A stretch of 63,924 nt of DNA, counting the filler, from Octopus bimaculoides (lineage: Eukaryota): assembly GCF_001194135.2 (NCBI RefSeq). It is 8 parts of 7 records of this genome, joined end to end, with 100 filler letters (N's around TTAATTAATTAA, not from the genome) between each part and the next. Parts side by side here need not be neighbours in the genome. Positions count along the whole stretch, not along the records: positions 35,420 to 54,406 come from NC_068993.1; 7 more parts are not named here. One strand, written 5' to 3'. Below the pieces are notes generated by a model. It saw only the letters and a list, made by a program, of their open reading frames with translations, made no database searches and was not told the origin of the DNA. This document shows, piece by piece, positions 38,731-52,438 of this stretch. Position numbers and translations under genes: made by a program. The first letter of the stretch is position 1, and each line of letters starts with the position of its first letter.

Positions 38731-40589
38731 CCTAAAAGCATTATGTTTATGCAAATGTATACTGGACACTGCACCCAATCTTCCCTTGCTACCCTGTCAA
38801 GCATTCCCTACATCACATATTTCTTAAACCCATCCTTCAATCATTCTTCTAGATACAACACTACTCAGTTGCTGTAAACATTTGAGAATACATATTTCAT
38901 CCACATTTTGTTCTACCAGTTATCTCCTTCTCCTCCTAGTACTACTTCCCTCTATTGTTTTCATTATTATCCATTCCCACTCTATTTTCCACCAATTACC
39001 TCTTTCTGTACCTTTAATTATCTCTCCCACTCCTCTAAACTACATTTTAGGTTTGCCATACCTCACTTATAACATCTCGCATATCTATCATTGTTGCTTC
39101 CCCACCTTTGATGTTCCACTCATTGTAGTCATCATTAACCCTTTTGTTACTAACCCGGCTGAAACCGGTTCTGGCTCTGTTGTACAAATGTCTAGTTTTC
39201 ATAAATTTTGAATTAAAATCTTCCACCAAACTTTAGGTTCCTAACATTAGCTAAATGATAACTAAGTTATTTTACTAAATTCTTTGTTATATTTAAAATA
39301 ATTAAAAGAAACACAGAGCATCTCAAAATAAATACAATAACGAAAGGGTTAAGTGTATCTGTTCTCCATCTCAGTTCAATTCCACCTCCTCTCGCATCCT
39401 GCAAATCATCTCCCTATTTTCTTATCTACCTACAGTTTTATTATACTGCTGTTCTCCACTCTTCCTGTGGTACCTCTTTGTCATCTCCTCCTTCCTGAAC
39501 GACTTCTATTTCTCTCACCTTCCCCACTTCCATACTGATATTTACCATCAATCACACTTCCATCTTTGCCTATCACTCACTATATCCACCTCTGACCCCA
39601 TCTCTAATCATTTATTACTCTCACCCTTTTCTTCCTCCTTGATCCTCTGTCCTTATTCTCTCTTATACTCACTTTTTTTTTATGTCACTAACTTTATCTT
39701 CTTTCCAGTTACTTTAATCCACCCACATATAATGCATTATATATGGGTGGATTAAACCATCTAACACCTCTATAGAAAGACACCTGTGCTTGTCCTATCA
39801 TACTTTTAGCATTTCAACATCTGACGTAAAGCCATCTCTAAAATACTTTCCCATTCAGTCGGTAGGGAGAGCACATTTGACTTTTCTACTCTTGATTGAC
39901 TTACAAATTACTTGGCAATATTACTCTTACAAGTGTCATGAAAAAGTACTCAATACACCCTGTAAAATGGTTGGTGTTAGGGAGAGCATCAAGCCAGATA
40001 AACCAAGCCAAAGCTGATATTGGAGCTCAGCCACAGCCCAGCAGCTTGCCAGATCATGTTAAATAATCCAACCCTAACCCTAACCCTCATGTGTCAACTG
40101 GCACTAGCCACAACTATGATTTCACTAAGCTTGACATGTCTCCTCAAGCACAACAAATTGCCAAAAGCCTTGGTCACTTGCCATTGCTTGTTGTTTAGCC
40201 CCTGGTCAGCTCTGATTGAGTAGACTTATGATCCAATGCATTTCATTTAAACTATAGTCTTCTCCTTTTAGGGCTATGTAGGACTATATTATTTATGTCC
40301 TTTCCATATTTAAGAATATGGAGTTGAATTGAGATGTATTTGATAGTTGTTTCTAGCAGGTCAACACCCTATTTTGTGGTTTCCTTTGAATCATGTAGTG
40401 AATCAGGGTGTTCTCATCCACAATAGTAGCAACAGCAGTGTCAACTGCTACATGGTAAAGAGGATGCTCTTGAAAGAGCTGCTACAAGGGGATCAAGTTA
40501 ATGAAAATGGCAGAAAGAAATATCATCACAGCTAATTAAAAAGAGAAATAGCTCAGATGAGATGCAGTTTAGGTCTGTACCTAAATATG

Positions 40590-40915
40590 ATACAATCAAT
40601 GGCATGTGTAAAGACATTCGAGCGAGATCGTTGCCAGTGCCGTTGGACTGGCTCCTGTGCAGGTGACACGTAAAATACACCATTTTGAGCGTGGCTGTTG
40701 TCAGTACCACCTGACTGGCCTTCGTGCCGGTGGCACGTAAAAGCACCGACTACACTCTCGGAGTGGTTGGCATTAGGAAGGGTATCCAGCTGTAGAAACT
40801 GCCAAATCAGATTGGAGCCTGGTGTAGCCATCTGGTACACCAGTCCTCAGTCAAATCGTCCAAACCATGCTAGCATGGAAAGCGGATGTTAAACATGATG
40901 ATGATGATGATGATG
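40590..40915 (+). mobile_element. SINE or RTE-type 3' tail ending in (GAT)n
   Basis: ...TTGGCATTAGGAAGGGTATCCAGCTGTAG...CCATGCTAGCATGGAAAGCGGATGTTAAAC(ATG)n. The terminal part recurs inverted at 47527-47555. Confidence 0.6.
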
Positions 40916-41711
40916 TAGGTGTGAATTCTATGCTGTGTTTTTTCACTGTAAACTATAGGTGGACAAAAGATGCAATGGGATCACAGAAAAGCTGGTGAAG
41001 AAGGGCTTCATATGTAATAGGTATACAGGAATAGGTAACAACAAACTTAAAAGAAAATCAGTTTTTGAGGTGTTTACGCGACTGAGAATACACGACACCA
41101 CCTTGAACTGTGTGTCAATCTGTCATGAAATTAGACCCCAGCTGCCACTGTAACTCATTTTCAGATGAGTTGAAGCAAGCAATGTAAAATGAAAAACCTT
41201 ACGCAAGGACACAATGCTCTGCTCAGTCTAGGAATCAAACTTACAACTTAACAATCAAGAGAGAATGATACTTTTACTAGTTAACAGTAAGAGGAGCCAA
41301 GAAATGAATTCTTTCAACTATTCAGAAGGCTTATTAGAAGTAAGTGATGGTTTAGGATGACCTAATCTGCAGTGTACATTACAGTAGGTGCTGCAAAAGC
41401 CTGGCCGAGATCACCCTACCTGCTAGAAATATCAGCCAAACCTCATTCAAAACACAGCTTATCGTTCTAAAAGAAAGTGAAGGGTACATTAGAAAATGTA
41501 TCCCAGAAACCTGTAAGCCAGTGATTCTCAACCATTTCTTAGTGATAGACCACTTTGATTCCCATCTTACTCAGATGGATCCCCATAGCCATTCAATATT
41601 TTAAAAAATCCTATTTTCGTATTTTTATAATTAAATATTATTAGGAATTGTATGAAAAAATTGTTAAAATATTTTGTATATAGTAGAAGTATAATCAATT
41701 TAATTTTTAAC

Positions 41712-43255
41712 AATGGTCCTGCCCCTTTCATATTGGGTATTGATGATGTTACCAAGATGGGAGCTGACCTAGACCTAAATGTCTGGTACCTCAAGGATGC
41801 TTGTTTGGGAGACCCTCCTGACAAGGTGCTTGCAACTGTGAGGACGATGAGCGAAGAACTTGGTCATAGAGGTCTTAGTGTTAACAGCTCTAAATGCAAG
41901 CTCTGGCTCTTCAACCATCCAGCTTCGCATGAGCAGACTACTAAACTATTTGTTGACTACCTCCTCTCAATTGTGATCCCTTGAATCCCCAATTACTGAT
42001 CTAACTTTCGAGTTCCTCTTTAGATCCAAAATGACTAACCTTAACTTTTAAAAATCCTTTAAGTAATTGAGCCCCACCAAGGCTTTTTATACTTAGGAAT
42101 TACTAGTCAATTCCTAAGCTTTTGTATTTTCTGAGAATTAGTCCCTCTTACAGATTCCTGTCATCCCTCCAATACCTTGATGACCTACTCTTCAGGAAAC
42201 TCAAATGTTTGGTCAACATCAAACTCTCCCCAGATTCCCACAACCAAGCTGCTTTGCCTAAATGCTTGTCTTTATCTCTTCCCTGTTTCCTTTCCTCCAT
42301 CCATGCTTTGTCCCCTTTGGTAGGCAACATCCTCTCCTCTCCAACATGGACTAATTCCAACAGGGGAGATGGATAAAACTCAATCACAGTGGAGAGAGCT
42401 GGGTTTGTCAGTTCTGGTTACAGAGGAGGATAAGACAGAATCAAAGTGCATGGGACAATCTGCATCCAGGTGCCACTTTTAACTCTCTCCTTGATTAATC
42501 TGATCAATTTTCAAGGTGTCACCTACTTTCAGCTAGTGCACAATTCTCAGAGGACTGGATTGATACCTTGCCTGTGGCCAACATTGGCGGTCTAGATGAA
42601 CTCTGCATGGAGATGCAGAGTTCATCTAGTTTGTCGCACTCAGAATGGGAGCTGACATCTGTAGGGGACTAAGGTGCAGCTGTGGTAGGCTCCTCAACGC
42701 CACAGGTCTTCACGGTCTGTCTTGCTGCCTAAATGCTGATCACATCGAGTTAAACCTAATTATTAAGCGGGCCCTGGCTCAGATTAATATCCCCTCAGTT
42801 CTGGAGCCATTGGGGGTTATCCAGAAGTGATGGGAAGAGACCAGATGGTCTTGCCCTCTGTCCCTGGGTTAGAGGTAGGTACCTCATTTGAGATGCCACA
42901 GTCTGCGACACCTTTGCTCTCTCCCACATCCTGAATGCTGCAGTTAATGGGAGGGTCACTGCTTCCATAGCTGAATGGAAGGAAACTCTTAAGTATCGGG
43001 GCCTGACAGTGAACTATCTCTTCCAACCTCTCAACCTCTGGTGTTTGAGACATTCGGAGGGGCTGAGCCACTAACTACGCAGTTCTTGTCAATGTTGGCA
43101 GCTTGCCTCACCGAGGTGTCATGTGATGCCTGTGAAGGTGCTTGGCTTTCTAAACGCCTTCGCCTCACCATTGCCCATGGTAATGCTGGCTTGCTTCAGT
43201 AGGTTCCGTTAAACTTTGTGGTATGCAACCAGTTGCTGTGGTAAAAAAAAAAAAT
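41712..43255 (+). mobile_element. CRE-clade non-LTR retrotransposon, 5'-truncated and degraded, with poly(A)
   Basis: GPAPFILGI...LNVWYLKD...GLSVNSSKC (RT), SIPKLLYFLRISP, GLHGLSC..H.ELNLIIKRAL...IPSVLEP.G...DGKRPDG (CCHC knuckle plus RLE), A-tail near 43245-43255. Confidence 0.85.
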
Positions 43256-44008
43256 TCCCCACAAATGGTTTCAATACAGTTTTAACAAAAAAATATGAAA
43301 GAATTAGAAAGTTCTCCAGTAAAATTCTTTCATGTAAATAAATGTTTATGTCAATCTAAAAATTTGCCAGCAAAATCTTATAAAATGACAAGTTTCTAAA
43401 AGATGTGTGTTAAAATATGAAAAAAAAAAAATTGTATCAATCATTAAAAATAAAAATCATAAAGAAAATATAACGTCCTGTTCACTATATACAAATGAAA
43501 CTGAACACAAAGAAAGAAGGGAAAAAAAATGTGATAGGGGTGGGGCACAATGAGTTTTGAATGTACTTTTGATTCTGAAACAAAATATATATTTTTTAAT
43601 GCTCACTACTTTACAAAAATTATATCAACAAAGCAAATGACTTTCCCTAAATACATTAAAAACATTATAACATGATTTGATAACTATTTCAGAAAATTAT
43701 CGCCGTTCTCTTTGAGCATATAAAGGACAAATGTGGCTGAGGCAAAATGAGTAAGACAGAATAAGGTAAATTTGCGCTTCAATTTTTGAGGATACAGACT
43801 CATACACATCCATCCCTAGGCAACAGAAAAAAATTACTCATTTTACCCTATTTTAGAATTTTTTTCTCTTTTTTGAAACTTGAAAATTATTAAATTGGAC
43901 ATAAGTATGTGAAAAAATTAGGGGAGGGGGCTAATGCCGTTTCGCAACTCTCCTTGAAGTTTTTCGGATTCCTACGTTTTAGACGTCGGAGATTACGAAT
44001 ATGCAAAA

Positions 44009-44042
<34 letters not shown>

Positions 44043-44681
44043 TTCACCCAGCCCTTGGAATCAAACAGAGAAAAGAATATCAATTGTTAAACACCAAACA
44101 TTATCCCGATATTTTATTAGCAACCTCAAATACAATCGGGTTGAAGAAAAATTTCTTGTAAAAAAAAAGTACCTGCCATCTGACTGATTCGGACTCTCTC
44201 AATTTCAACAATAACAACTATGCTGACCAATTTTTATTCCCAAAGACGATAATACAGTATTTATAATGTAAATGATTTCAAACATGTAGGGAGAAAACAA
44301 CGCGAAATCAGAAATTACTCATTTTATCCCCGTTATCAATTTTCCCCGCTTTCACCACCACCCTATGTACATGATGCAAATCGGTATTTTTAATGAAAAG
44401 CGAAATAATAACATTAAGTCATTATCTCTCAATTATAATTTGAGTTCGTTAAGACAAGATAATAAGAAATAAGTTTACTGGGGTTTGTTTTGTGGTTAAC
44501 TGATCGAAAAAAGAAAGATTAAACTTACGAGTAAAATAGTCCTTTTCTGTATGACTGTAAACCTTGAGGATAAATGTAAAATAACGATTTCCGTTCTTCA
44601 CAAACATTACAGTTATAACTAGTTGTCTAACAAGGTGTGTCTATGACAACATTATTTAATGGGTCTATTTCTTTTTTAAAG

Positions 44682-44730
44682 GAAAAAGACGGTTGGAGAG
44701 ATTAAGCTGTTATTTTTAACAAGTCCAGCG
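44682..44730 (+). CDS. Tentative coding exon (-KKTVGEIKLLFLTSPA)
   Basis: TTTCTTTTTTAAAG acceptor, phase 2 start compatible with 22786, GTAACA donor. Confidence 0.28.
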
Positions 44731-45919
44731 GTAACAAAGCTCGATCCGTTAAATTGTTATTTGTCTTTAATGTGGAGGTAGTGATAAAAATTGAGTATTG
44801 GACGTCAGGTTATTGTTATTTACGATCATAGAAACTGATTTCCAACAACTTCGAGCAAAAATTTTGAAAGTATTTAAAAAAATCAAAACATTAAGCAAAT
44901 ACGTAAACACATCAAAGCTAAGCAAGCACCTGCTAGCTAATGTTTTTTTTCCCTCAGAACGAATGTCTTTGCAGAAATAAATCAGTTAACTGTTGAGAAT
45001 CATCCACGTTCGAAAACATCACACGATAAATTATATATATATGTCTTTAACAAAGCACTCGCATCTTTTGTGTACTTTCGCTAATTACGGTGTTATTGTA
45101 ATTAAAATAAGCATCAATTGTATTTTTGTGTTTTCTTTTCATAATTAATCTATTGTATTAAATAAACGGAATAAGTAACTGTTGACTGTTCAGAGGCTTT
45201 AACCCATTAGCTATTAAATATAACAGCGACACATCTCAATACGTCTCATTACTTCGTCATCAGCAACATCATTTAAGAGGAAACTGAGATAACTGGTTGC
45301 GTAAATAAACAACGAACACACTCAATATAATTTTTGGTTCCAATGATGTTGATCAAATTATATTTTAATTTTTTTATCGTATTTTGAACACATTTTTTAT
45401 TGTGGTGTTGTACAATTGTTTATATATATTTTTAATGTTTATAGATATTTCTTTCAGTGCGGAACTACTTAGACCATTTCAGTTGTTAAAGAAAAAAATA
45501 CGTGTTTACAGGATATATTATAGACAGGGCAATCCTATAGAATAGAGTCGGAAATTATCTGGTACACTCTAAATTGTAATTTAGCGTCGAAGACTACGAT
45601 TCTGCAAAATGAAAAAAAAAAAAGTTTGTCTTTCTCTCTCTGACGGAGCACACCATTTCACCGGCCACAACTAATTTAGTTTTTGGTATTTCCAGAATCC
45701 ATTTTTCTTTCGAATTTGTATTCTACGAACTCTATTTCTTACGATTAAGCAAGGGAAAAATTGTTTTATCTTAATTTTCTACTCCCCCTCCTCCCGAAAT
45801 TCTCAAACTTTAGGGGTATTTTGGAACAAAGCGACCACTTCGAAGATAAGCAAGGTATTATTCGAATTCAAAATAATTATTTCGGACTAATTAAAAGAAA
45901 AAAGGGAGTAATAATTAAT

Positions 45920-46735
45920 CAGGATCAAATTAATATAGGGTATCATTCGGATACAAGAGGTCTTTTGGGATGCTCCCATCCGGCACATGATGTGCATGAC
46001 CAAGCCAATGCAGATGGTGTTGTTGGAGCAGAGTGAATATACTAGGTATCTTGGTGCAGTTGAGGACTTCAATGTTGGTGATGTGGTTGCTCCACTTGAT
46101 ATTCAAGATACATCTCAAATTACAAAAGTGGATGACATTGAGATGCCGCTCCTGTCTGGAATAGAGGCTCCACATCTCACTGCCATAAAGTAGTGTACGA
46201 AGGATGCACGCCTTATAGACAGCGATCTTGATGTTTGCAGTCAGTTTTCTATTTTCCAAGTCTCTCTTTGTGAGCCTGGCAAATGTTAAGGATGCTTGTC
46301 CAATTTGCTTGTTGATCTTAGGGTCTAAGGAGAAGTCATCAGCAATGGTAGAGCCACGGTAGGTGAATTCATGGACTACCTCCAGCTTGTAGTTGTTAAT
46401 GGTGATGGTGGGGTGCTAGAAACCTTGGCCCAGTACTTTGGAGTTCTTCAGATTGATAGTGAGGCCGAATTCCTGACAGGCTTTTGAAAGTTTGTCCTTT
46501 AGGTGCTGCTTTTGTTCCTCAGAGTGTGCTGTCAGTGCTGTGTTGTCCGTGAACAGCATTTCTCTGACAAGTAACTTGCACACCCTGGATTTTGTTTTCA
46601 GCCTAAACAGTTACTGCCTGATCTGGTGTGAAGGTAAACACCATCAGATGATGTTCCAAATGCATGTTTCAGCATGACTGCAAAGAAGATGCCAAACAGG
46701 GTGGGGGTAAGCACACAACCTCACATTACTGCTCT
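45920..46735 (-). mobile_element. RTE (BovB-like) LINE: RT and C-terminal region, degraded
   Basis: GCVLTPTLFGIFFAVML, MLFTDNTAL, FGLTINLK, KIAVYKACILRTLLYGSE, LHWLGHAHHVPDGSIPKDLLY. Confidence 0.92.
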
Positions 46736-47552
46736 AACTTTTAGAGTATGCTTCTGTTTCGATTATATGATCTATGTATCATTAAATATAGGAATAAAAT
46801 GTTTATTTAATTTATTATTTCCATTTGTCCCTCTCATTTCTATGATTCTGAAGGAGTGGTCCGCCCCGGGTGGCATTTTTATAGGGGCAGCACTTTTGCG
46901 TCTGCTAGGCAATATGTGCTTTTTGTGTGTGATCTGGAGGGCAGCAAATGGAAGGGCTGCTACCCTGAGCAGCATACATTCTAGATACGCTAGTGCCTGA
47001 AGGGCACCAACAAAATATAAAACCAGAAACGATGTGAGTATAAATATGCAAAACACTGAGAATTGGTTTGTGTGCCTGAAAAATATATAAATAAACGGAA
47101 GAAACAATTTGGTACAAGTGAATTGGTTCTCCACTTTCATTCACAAGTTCTTGAGGAAGAACAAGACGTGAGAGAAACATTTCAGATACTTGAAGATGTT
47201 TCAAATGTTGCCTACATGTAAAATACTGGGCATAACTACAGACTTGTGCCATCTTTCTCCGACTTTGTGTCCTGTCCTCTTAATTTTGTGAAAAATGCAT
47301 TTTTTTTTTAAATCCAGAAAAGTTTGCTGAGAGATATTTATTGAGTATACAGATTACATTTTTTTCTTAATCTTTTATTTGTTCCTGTCATTGGACTTCA
47401 GCCATGTTGAGGCAACACCTTAAACGATTTAGTCAAACAAATCGATCTCAGTACTTTTTTCTCTGTTTTAAGTAATTATTGCCTTGGCATTAGTTACAGT
47501 TTATTTTCTTCAATGGAATGTAAATTCATCATCATCATCATCATCGTTTAAC

Positions 47553-47667
47553 GTCTGGGGCGGAAACCCGCACTGGCATCTCTTCAGTTATTGGGCCATC
47601 AAAAAATGCTATGGAAAATCTGATGGCAGATAACTGAAGAGATGTTGGTGTGGGTTTCCGACCTGAC
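47553..47667. repeat. Inverted repeat of about 115 bp (MITE-like or RNA hairpin)
   Basis: 31-bp stem (47561-47591 / 47630-47660) plus GCCATCA/TGATGGC. Confidence 0.85.
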
Positions 47668-47909
47668 ATCCGAAACTTGGAGTTTTATCATGGCTACCCA
47701 ATAAGTGTCACATATTTATAATTACAGATAAATTCCTCTATTTACATAATATCGAGGTCTCTCTTTTGTTATCTTACCATTACTATCAATATACATACAT
47801 ACATACATANNNNNNNNNNNNNNNNNNNNNNNNNNNNNNNNNNNNNNNNNNNNNNNNNNNNNNNNNNNNNNNNNNNNNNNNNNNNNNNNNNNNNNNNNNN
47901 NNNNNNNNN

Positions 47910-47941
<32 letters not shown>

Positions 47942-47974
47942 TATACATCTGTGTGTGTATGTGTGTGTGTTTGT

Positions 47975-48168
47975 GTTTCTCCGTTACGATCACTTGACAA
48001 CCGATGTTGGTGTATTTACGTCCCCGTAACTTATCGGTTCGACAAAAAACACAGATAGTATAAGTACCGGGCTTAAAATTAATTACTGGGGTAGATTCAT
48101 TAGACTAAGATTCTTAAAGGCGTGCCCCAGCATGGCTGCAGTCTAATGACTGAGACAAATAGAAGATT
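47975..48168 (+). mobile_element. SINE family C
   Basis: Matches 29608-29790. Confidence 0.65.
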
Positions 48169-48663
48169 ATAGCAAATTGCTGAGATTTATCAACACACAA
48201 AATACGCATTTATTATATTGGTCAAAACTGAATTTAGCTGAAATGTACTAATGACAAAAAGTAATTTTCCCCAAGTTCTACAATTTAAGTTCACAACACA
48301 CTTAAATGTAATTTGCTTGTCGTCGATGAATGGTCAATAAAATAAATGTGTACTGGATTCGGTCAAATTGACACCACTTTTCATAGATGTTTCTTTACCG
48401 CAATCTCAAGAAAAGCAAGAATATAACTATTAATATTAAAACAAGAAAAGAAAGAAAGAAAACTGTAGCAATGGCAATAACAACAAGAATAATCGCAGAA
48501 ATCCACAATGATGATATCAACAGAAGGTTATCAAGATAAGACTTAGATTGTTGATAATAGAGGGTATCTGGTGTCGAAGATAAGTACGCCTTTCCGAACA
48601 GGAATTGTAACAGAAAGAAGAAATACACGTATGTATACGTACACATATATATAAACACACACG

Positions 48664-48697
<34 letters not shown>

Positions 48698-49227
48698 CAT
48701 TTATATTTGCAAGCTTACACACACAGATGCAGAGAAATGTAGGAAGAGCACACAAAAAAACCGAGAGTATGCGATGATGAATGGTAAGAACGATACAGAA
48801 GAAACCAGGAACAAAAGTAAAAATGAATGAAAGAAAACGTTTTATCTTGGCTTATTATACAAAAATATGGGCAAATCGCCACCACGAGAATTGTTTGCCA
48901 GCAACAACACCAGTCGTAAAGGACTTTACTTTGTTTTTGATAGCTAATTTACTGTGTCTGGGTTACGGTTTTAAAATAATAACGACAATGAGTTAGATGT
49001 ACTGCGTTGTTCGTCTCTGTCGGTCAAAGATTCATGATGTATATTTGCAGCTGTAGCACACCCCTTCTCTTACTAATACCATCCCATTGATCGTCTCCAT
49101 TTCCATTGTGTAAACTCTTCATATTTATTTACTATTATGTTGCATTTATGTTGCTGGCATGTTTTCAAGTCTTAAATCTTTGTCTTAAACATGTCTGTTC
49201 TAATGCTATAAGGAAGTATCTATTTAA

Positions 49228-49302
<75 letters not shown>

Positions 49303-49670
49303 TGGTTTCATTTTTTCTTGAAGAGTTCGGTTAAACGAATGAAAGCGGTAATATCGTTCGTTTCTATTTTCCCTATGGCCAATTCCGCTAGGAGTCAACA
49401 ATAGGGATTTCATCTAATCGCTTGACTTGCTAGATGCAGCAGTCAAGTTTCTTTCATACCACAAACACACACACACACACAAAAGCGATACATTTGATAA
49501 TATAGTCCTTGATACCATCCGAAAGACGAGATGTTCATTACCAGGTTGCATTTAATCATATCGCTTTTTCAACTCGATCAAGGCTGACATTGTGCTAATC
49601 AGGAACAACCAATAACAATAATCCATTAAAGTCAAATTAGGCACCGCAAAACGGCTATAATTCCTTGCAG

Positions 49671-49721
49671 CATCTTGAAACTCTTCGTAAATTAGTTGTT
49701 CGACGTGGCAAATTTAAATAA
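49671..49721 (+). CDS. Tentative terminal exon (HLETLRKLVVRRGKFK*)
   Basis: TTCCTTGCAG acceptor, phase 0, ends in TAA. Confidence 0.22.
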   Translation, partial: HLETLRKLVVRRGKFK

Positions 49722-50070
49722 TCCTGCAGTAAAGGCTACCCTCAATAATCTAGTGACCTATTGAGGGAACGATATAGCTCTGCTTGGTTTAAGGTTATGG
49801 AATCTATCTGAAGGTACTGAAACTGCCAGCGTCTTTAGTGAAATAGCTGATTAAGACTAACTCTTCAATTACTTGTTATTTCTTTCGTTTGATCAGTCTA
49901 TCATATGATTTTATCATTTTTGCTATGAGTTCTTGAGATTTTGAAATAACAGTTTAAAGATATGTTTAAAAGGAATTAACCGACGTTGATAAAATATTTG
50001 ACAAAAGAATTTGAAGACCAGTCTTTGAAGCTTGATCAATGTTTGCTAATTGTTTCTTGTTCTTTTCTAT

Positions 50071-50116
<46 letters not shown>

Positions 50117-50407
50117 CCATATATAGGCATGCCATCGGTCGAGTTCGTCAGGTGAGCAAAAGAATCAATTCATCTTGCATATAATTAATAGTAATGTTGA
50201 ACTTTACAACATGCCTTGTCATGTAACAGGTTGTTTTTTGTGAATGAAATACAAGGAACGCTTGTTTCATTACCTGATCATGGAAGCATTTTCTGGCAAT
50301 ATAGAAGCCAGAACCGCTGCCTTTTCCATGAAGACAAGACAAATTCTAGCTATCAATAGTAATTTCTACACAACAGTGACGTGAACAGGGGATAAAGGTA
50401 TATGTAT

Positions 50408-50765
50408 AAACTCAATCTAAGCGAGAGCTCTCAGAGAGCGCAAACCTCCGCCAAGGCAACACCAATGTCCTCTCAACGATTAGCCAGATATGATTTTTAA
50501 AATGAGAATATCTGAAATAAAATTGACTGCTCTCACAAACAAGAATACTAAAAAATGAACCCGACCGCTCTCGAAAATTAAGTAAAAAAAACAGGAAAAG
50601 TAATCCAAAATGTTTGTCCGGTACTAGATCGATCCCAAAATCAAATCGCGAGGCCAAACATCCCTGAAAGTTTCATTCGAATCTATCCAGCGGTTCTTGA
50701 GATATCTCGTCCACGGACAAACAAACACGACTGAAAACAATACGTCCGCCTTCGCTAAGGCACAT
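50408..50765 (+). mobile_element. HINE/DINE-1-like (Helentron-associated) element
   Basis: 5' sub-terminal CTCCGCCAAGGC, core AAAGTTTCATTCGAATCTATCCAGCGGTTCTTGAGATATC, ACAA microrepeat, 3' hairpin GCCTT-CGCT-AAGGC. Confidence 0.5.
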
Positions 50766-52368
50766 CCTAGGAGTTGGGTGAATTCCTTAATATATATGCT
50801 AAATGATCAGAGGCTCGATATAAAGAAGCTTAGTTGGACTGGTCGACTTAAGTAAAGTCTCTGGCTGATGGACATAATCCTCTTGTCAACAGAAAATTAT
50901 TCACATACACAGACGGGTATTGGTACAAATCCTGCAAACTTCTAGACGCCAGCATTATTGACAGGTAGGGTATCTTCTCTTGCAAGACACGTTACATCCC
51001 ACCTAAGGTAGCCAATGTATTTCATAAACAAGAAATAGCTGTTAAATACCTCTTGTAGAATATGTCGATTGTGCCATACCAGTGTGATGTATATCACCCC
51101 CTAATCAGTAAATGCCACAAATTTCAGCAAGGTTACTTACCACCTCCTTATAGAACATGGCATTGTTACAAAGACTGTATATAAACGTTGTCTAAAAGGC
51201 AATTTATTTATTTACTTAATATTTGGTATGCAAATAATAGCGTCGCTGGTTTTCAAATATTCAAGTGCCCATTAGCTTGTTCTCTGAATTTTATGGTGAG
51301 TACGATGAGGGAGTATTTACGTAGCTCAGCGTAGTACAAATATCAACAGGAAATTTCGTTTGAAGAGCACCAGTTTTCTGATTTTGTTACTAATATTTAC
51401 AACCTTCACAGATATATATTGGTCAAAGACATGCAAATATACATGTGCACATATACACACGCGCACACACGCACGTGCACACACACACACACACACACGC
51501 AGAGTTATATTTATATTTACACGCACTTGCCCGTGGAAGAATCTCGTTCAGTTTTTTCTTACTAAATCTACTCACAAGGCACTGAAGAGCTCGAAATTAT
51601 GGAAGAAGACACGAAGACACTTAGTCAAGGTGCACAGCAGGATCGAACTCGAAACCAACTTCTTAACACAATGAACTTCTTAACTGCATTGCCATGACTA
51701 AATCTATATACTAAGAAAAACGCACACTTCAAAGTGAATGTATTCACATATAGGAAGAAAAAAAAAAAGCAATACCGACGGTCTGTCTTGATATTGTTTT
51801 GATGCTGGACGTTGTTTTCTACGCCTAATATTAGAGTAAGAATCGACAATGTAGAGTTCAGCTGCTCAGTAGATTGTTAGCATACTGCCTACATTTACAG
51901 GAAAGAACATCGACGATGAACAAATGCTAAACTTGAAAATTACATTTCTTATACTCTTTCTAGTTTTCATTTATGAGTGGGATTACGTAGCTGTCGATGT
52001 ACAAACATGCGTGTGTACACGAACGAGTGTTTATGAGTGTGTGTAAATATGTGTGTGTGTGTGTGTGTGTGTGCGTGCGCGCGCGTGTATGCGTGATATA
52101 TACGTATATATATGCATGGTATACACGTATATGAATGAATATATGTATATATTATCTATGTAAATATATTTATGTATATATAGATATATATTACATTTGC
52201 ATGCATACATACATATATGCATAATATATATATATATATATATGTCCTCCTGGGGCTAAAAGCAACAGTAACATCCACCCCTCGGGGTCAGCCACATTTA
52301 AGTGGCAAATATACTTCACTTTATCGTGCAGTTACTGTTAATACCTCGTTCAGAGATTTAACATTGCT

Positions 52369-52438
<70 letters not shown>

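Noticed and set aside
45457-45545. Possible terminal exon AELLRPFQLLKKKIRVYRIYYRQGNPIE*
   Set aside because: Only an acceptor supports it, and it competes with other equally weak candidates.
50913-51101. Further exon candidates on either strand near 50.9-51.1 kb
   Set aside because: Weak splice sites, and the implied intron to 51141 (about 40 nt) is too short.
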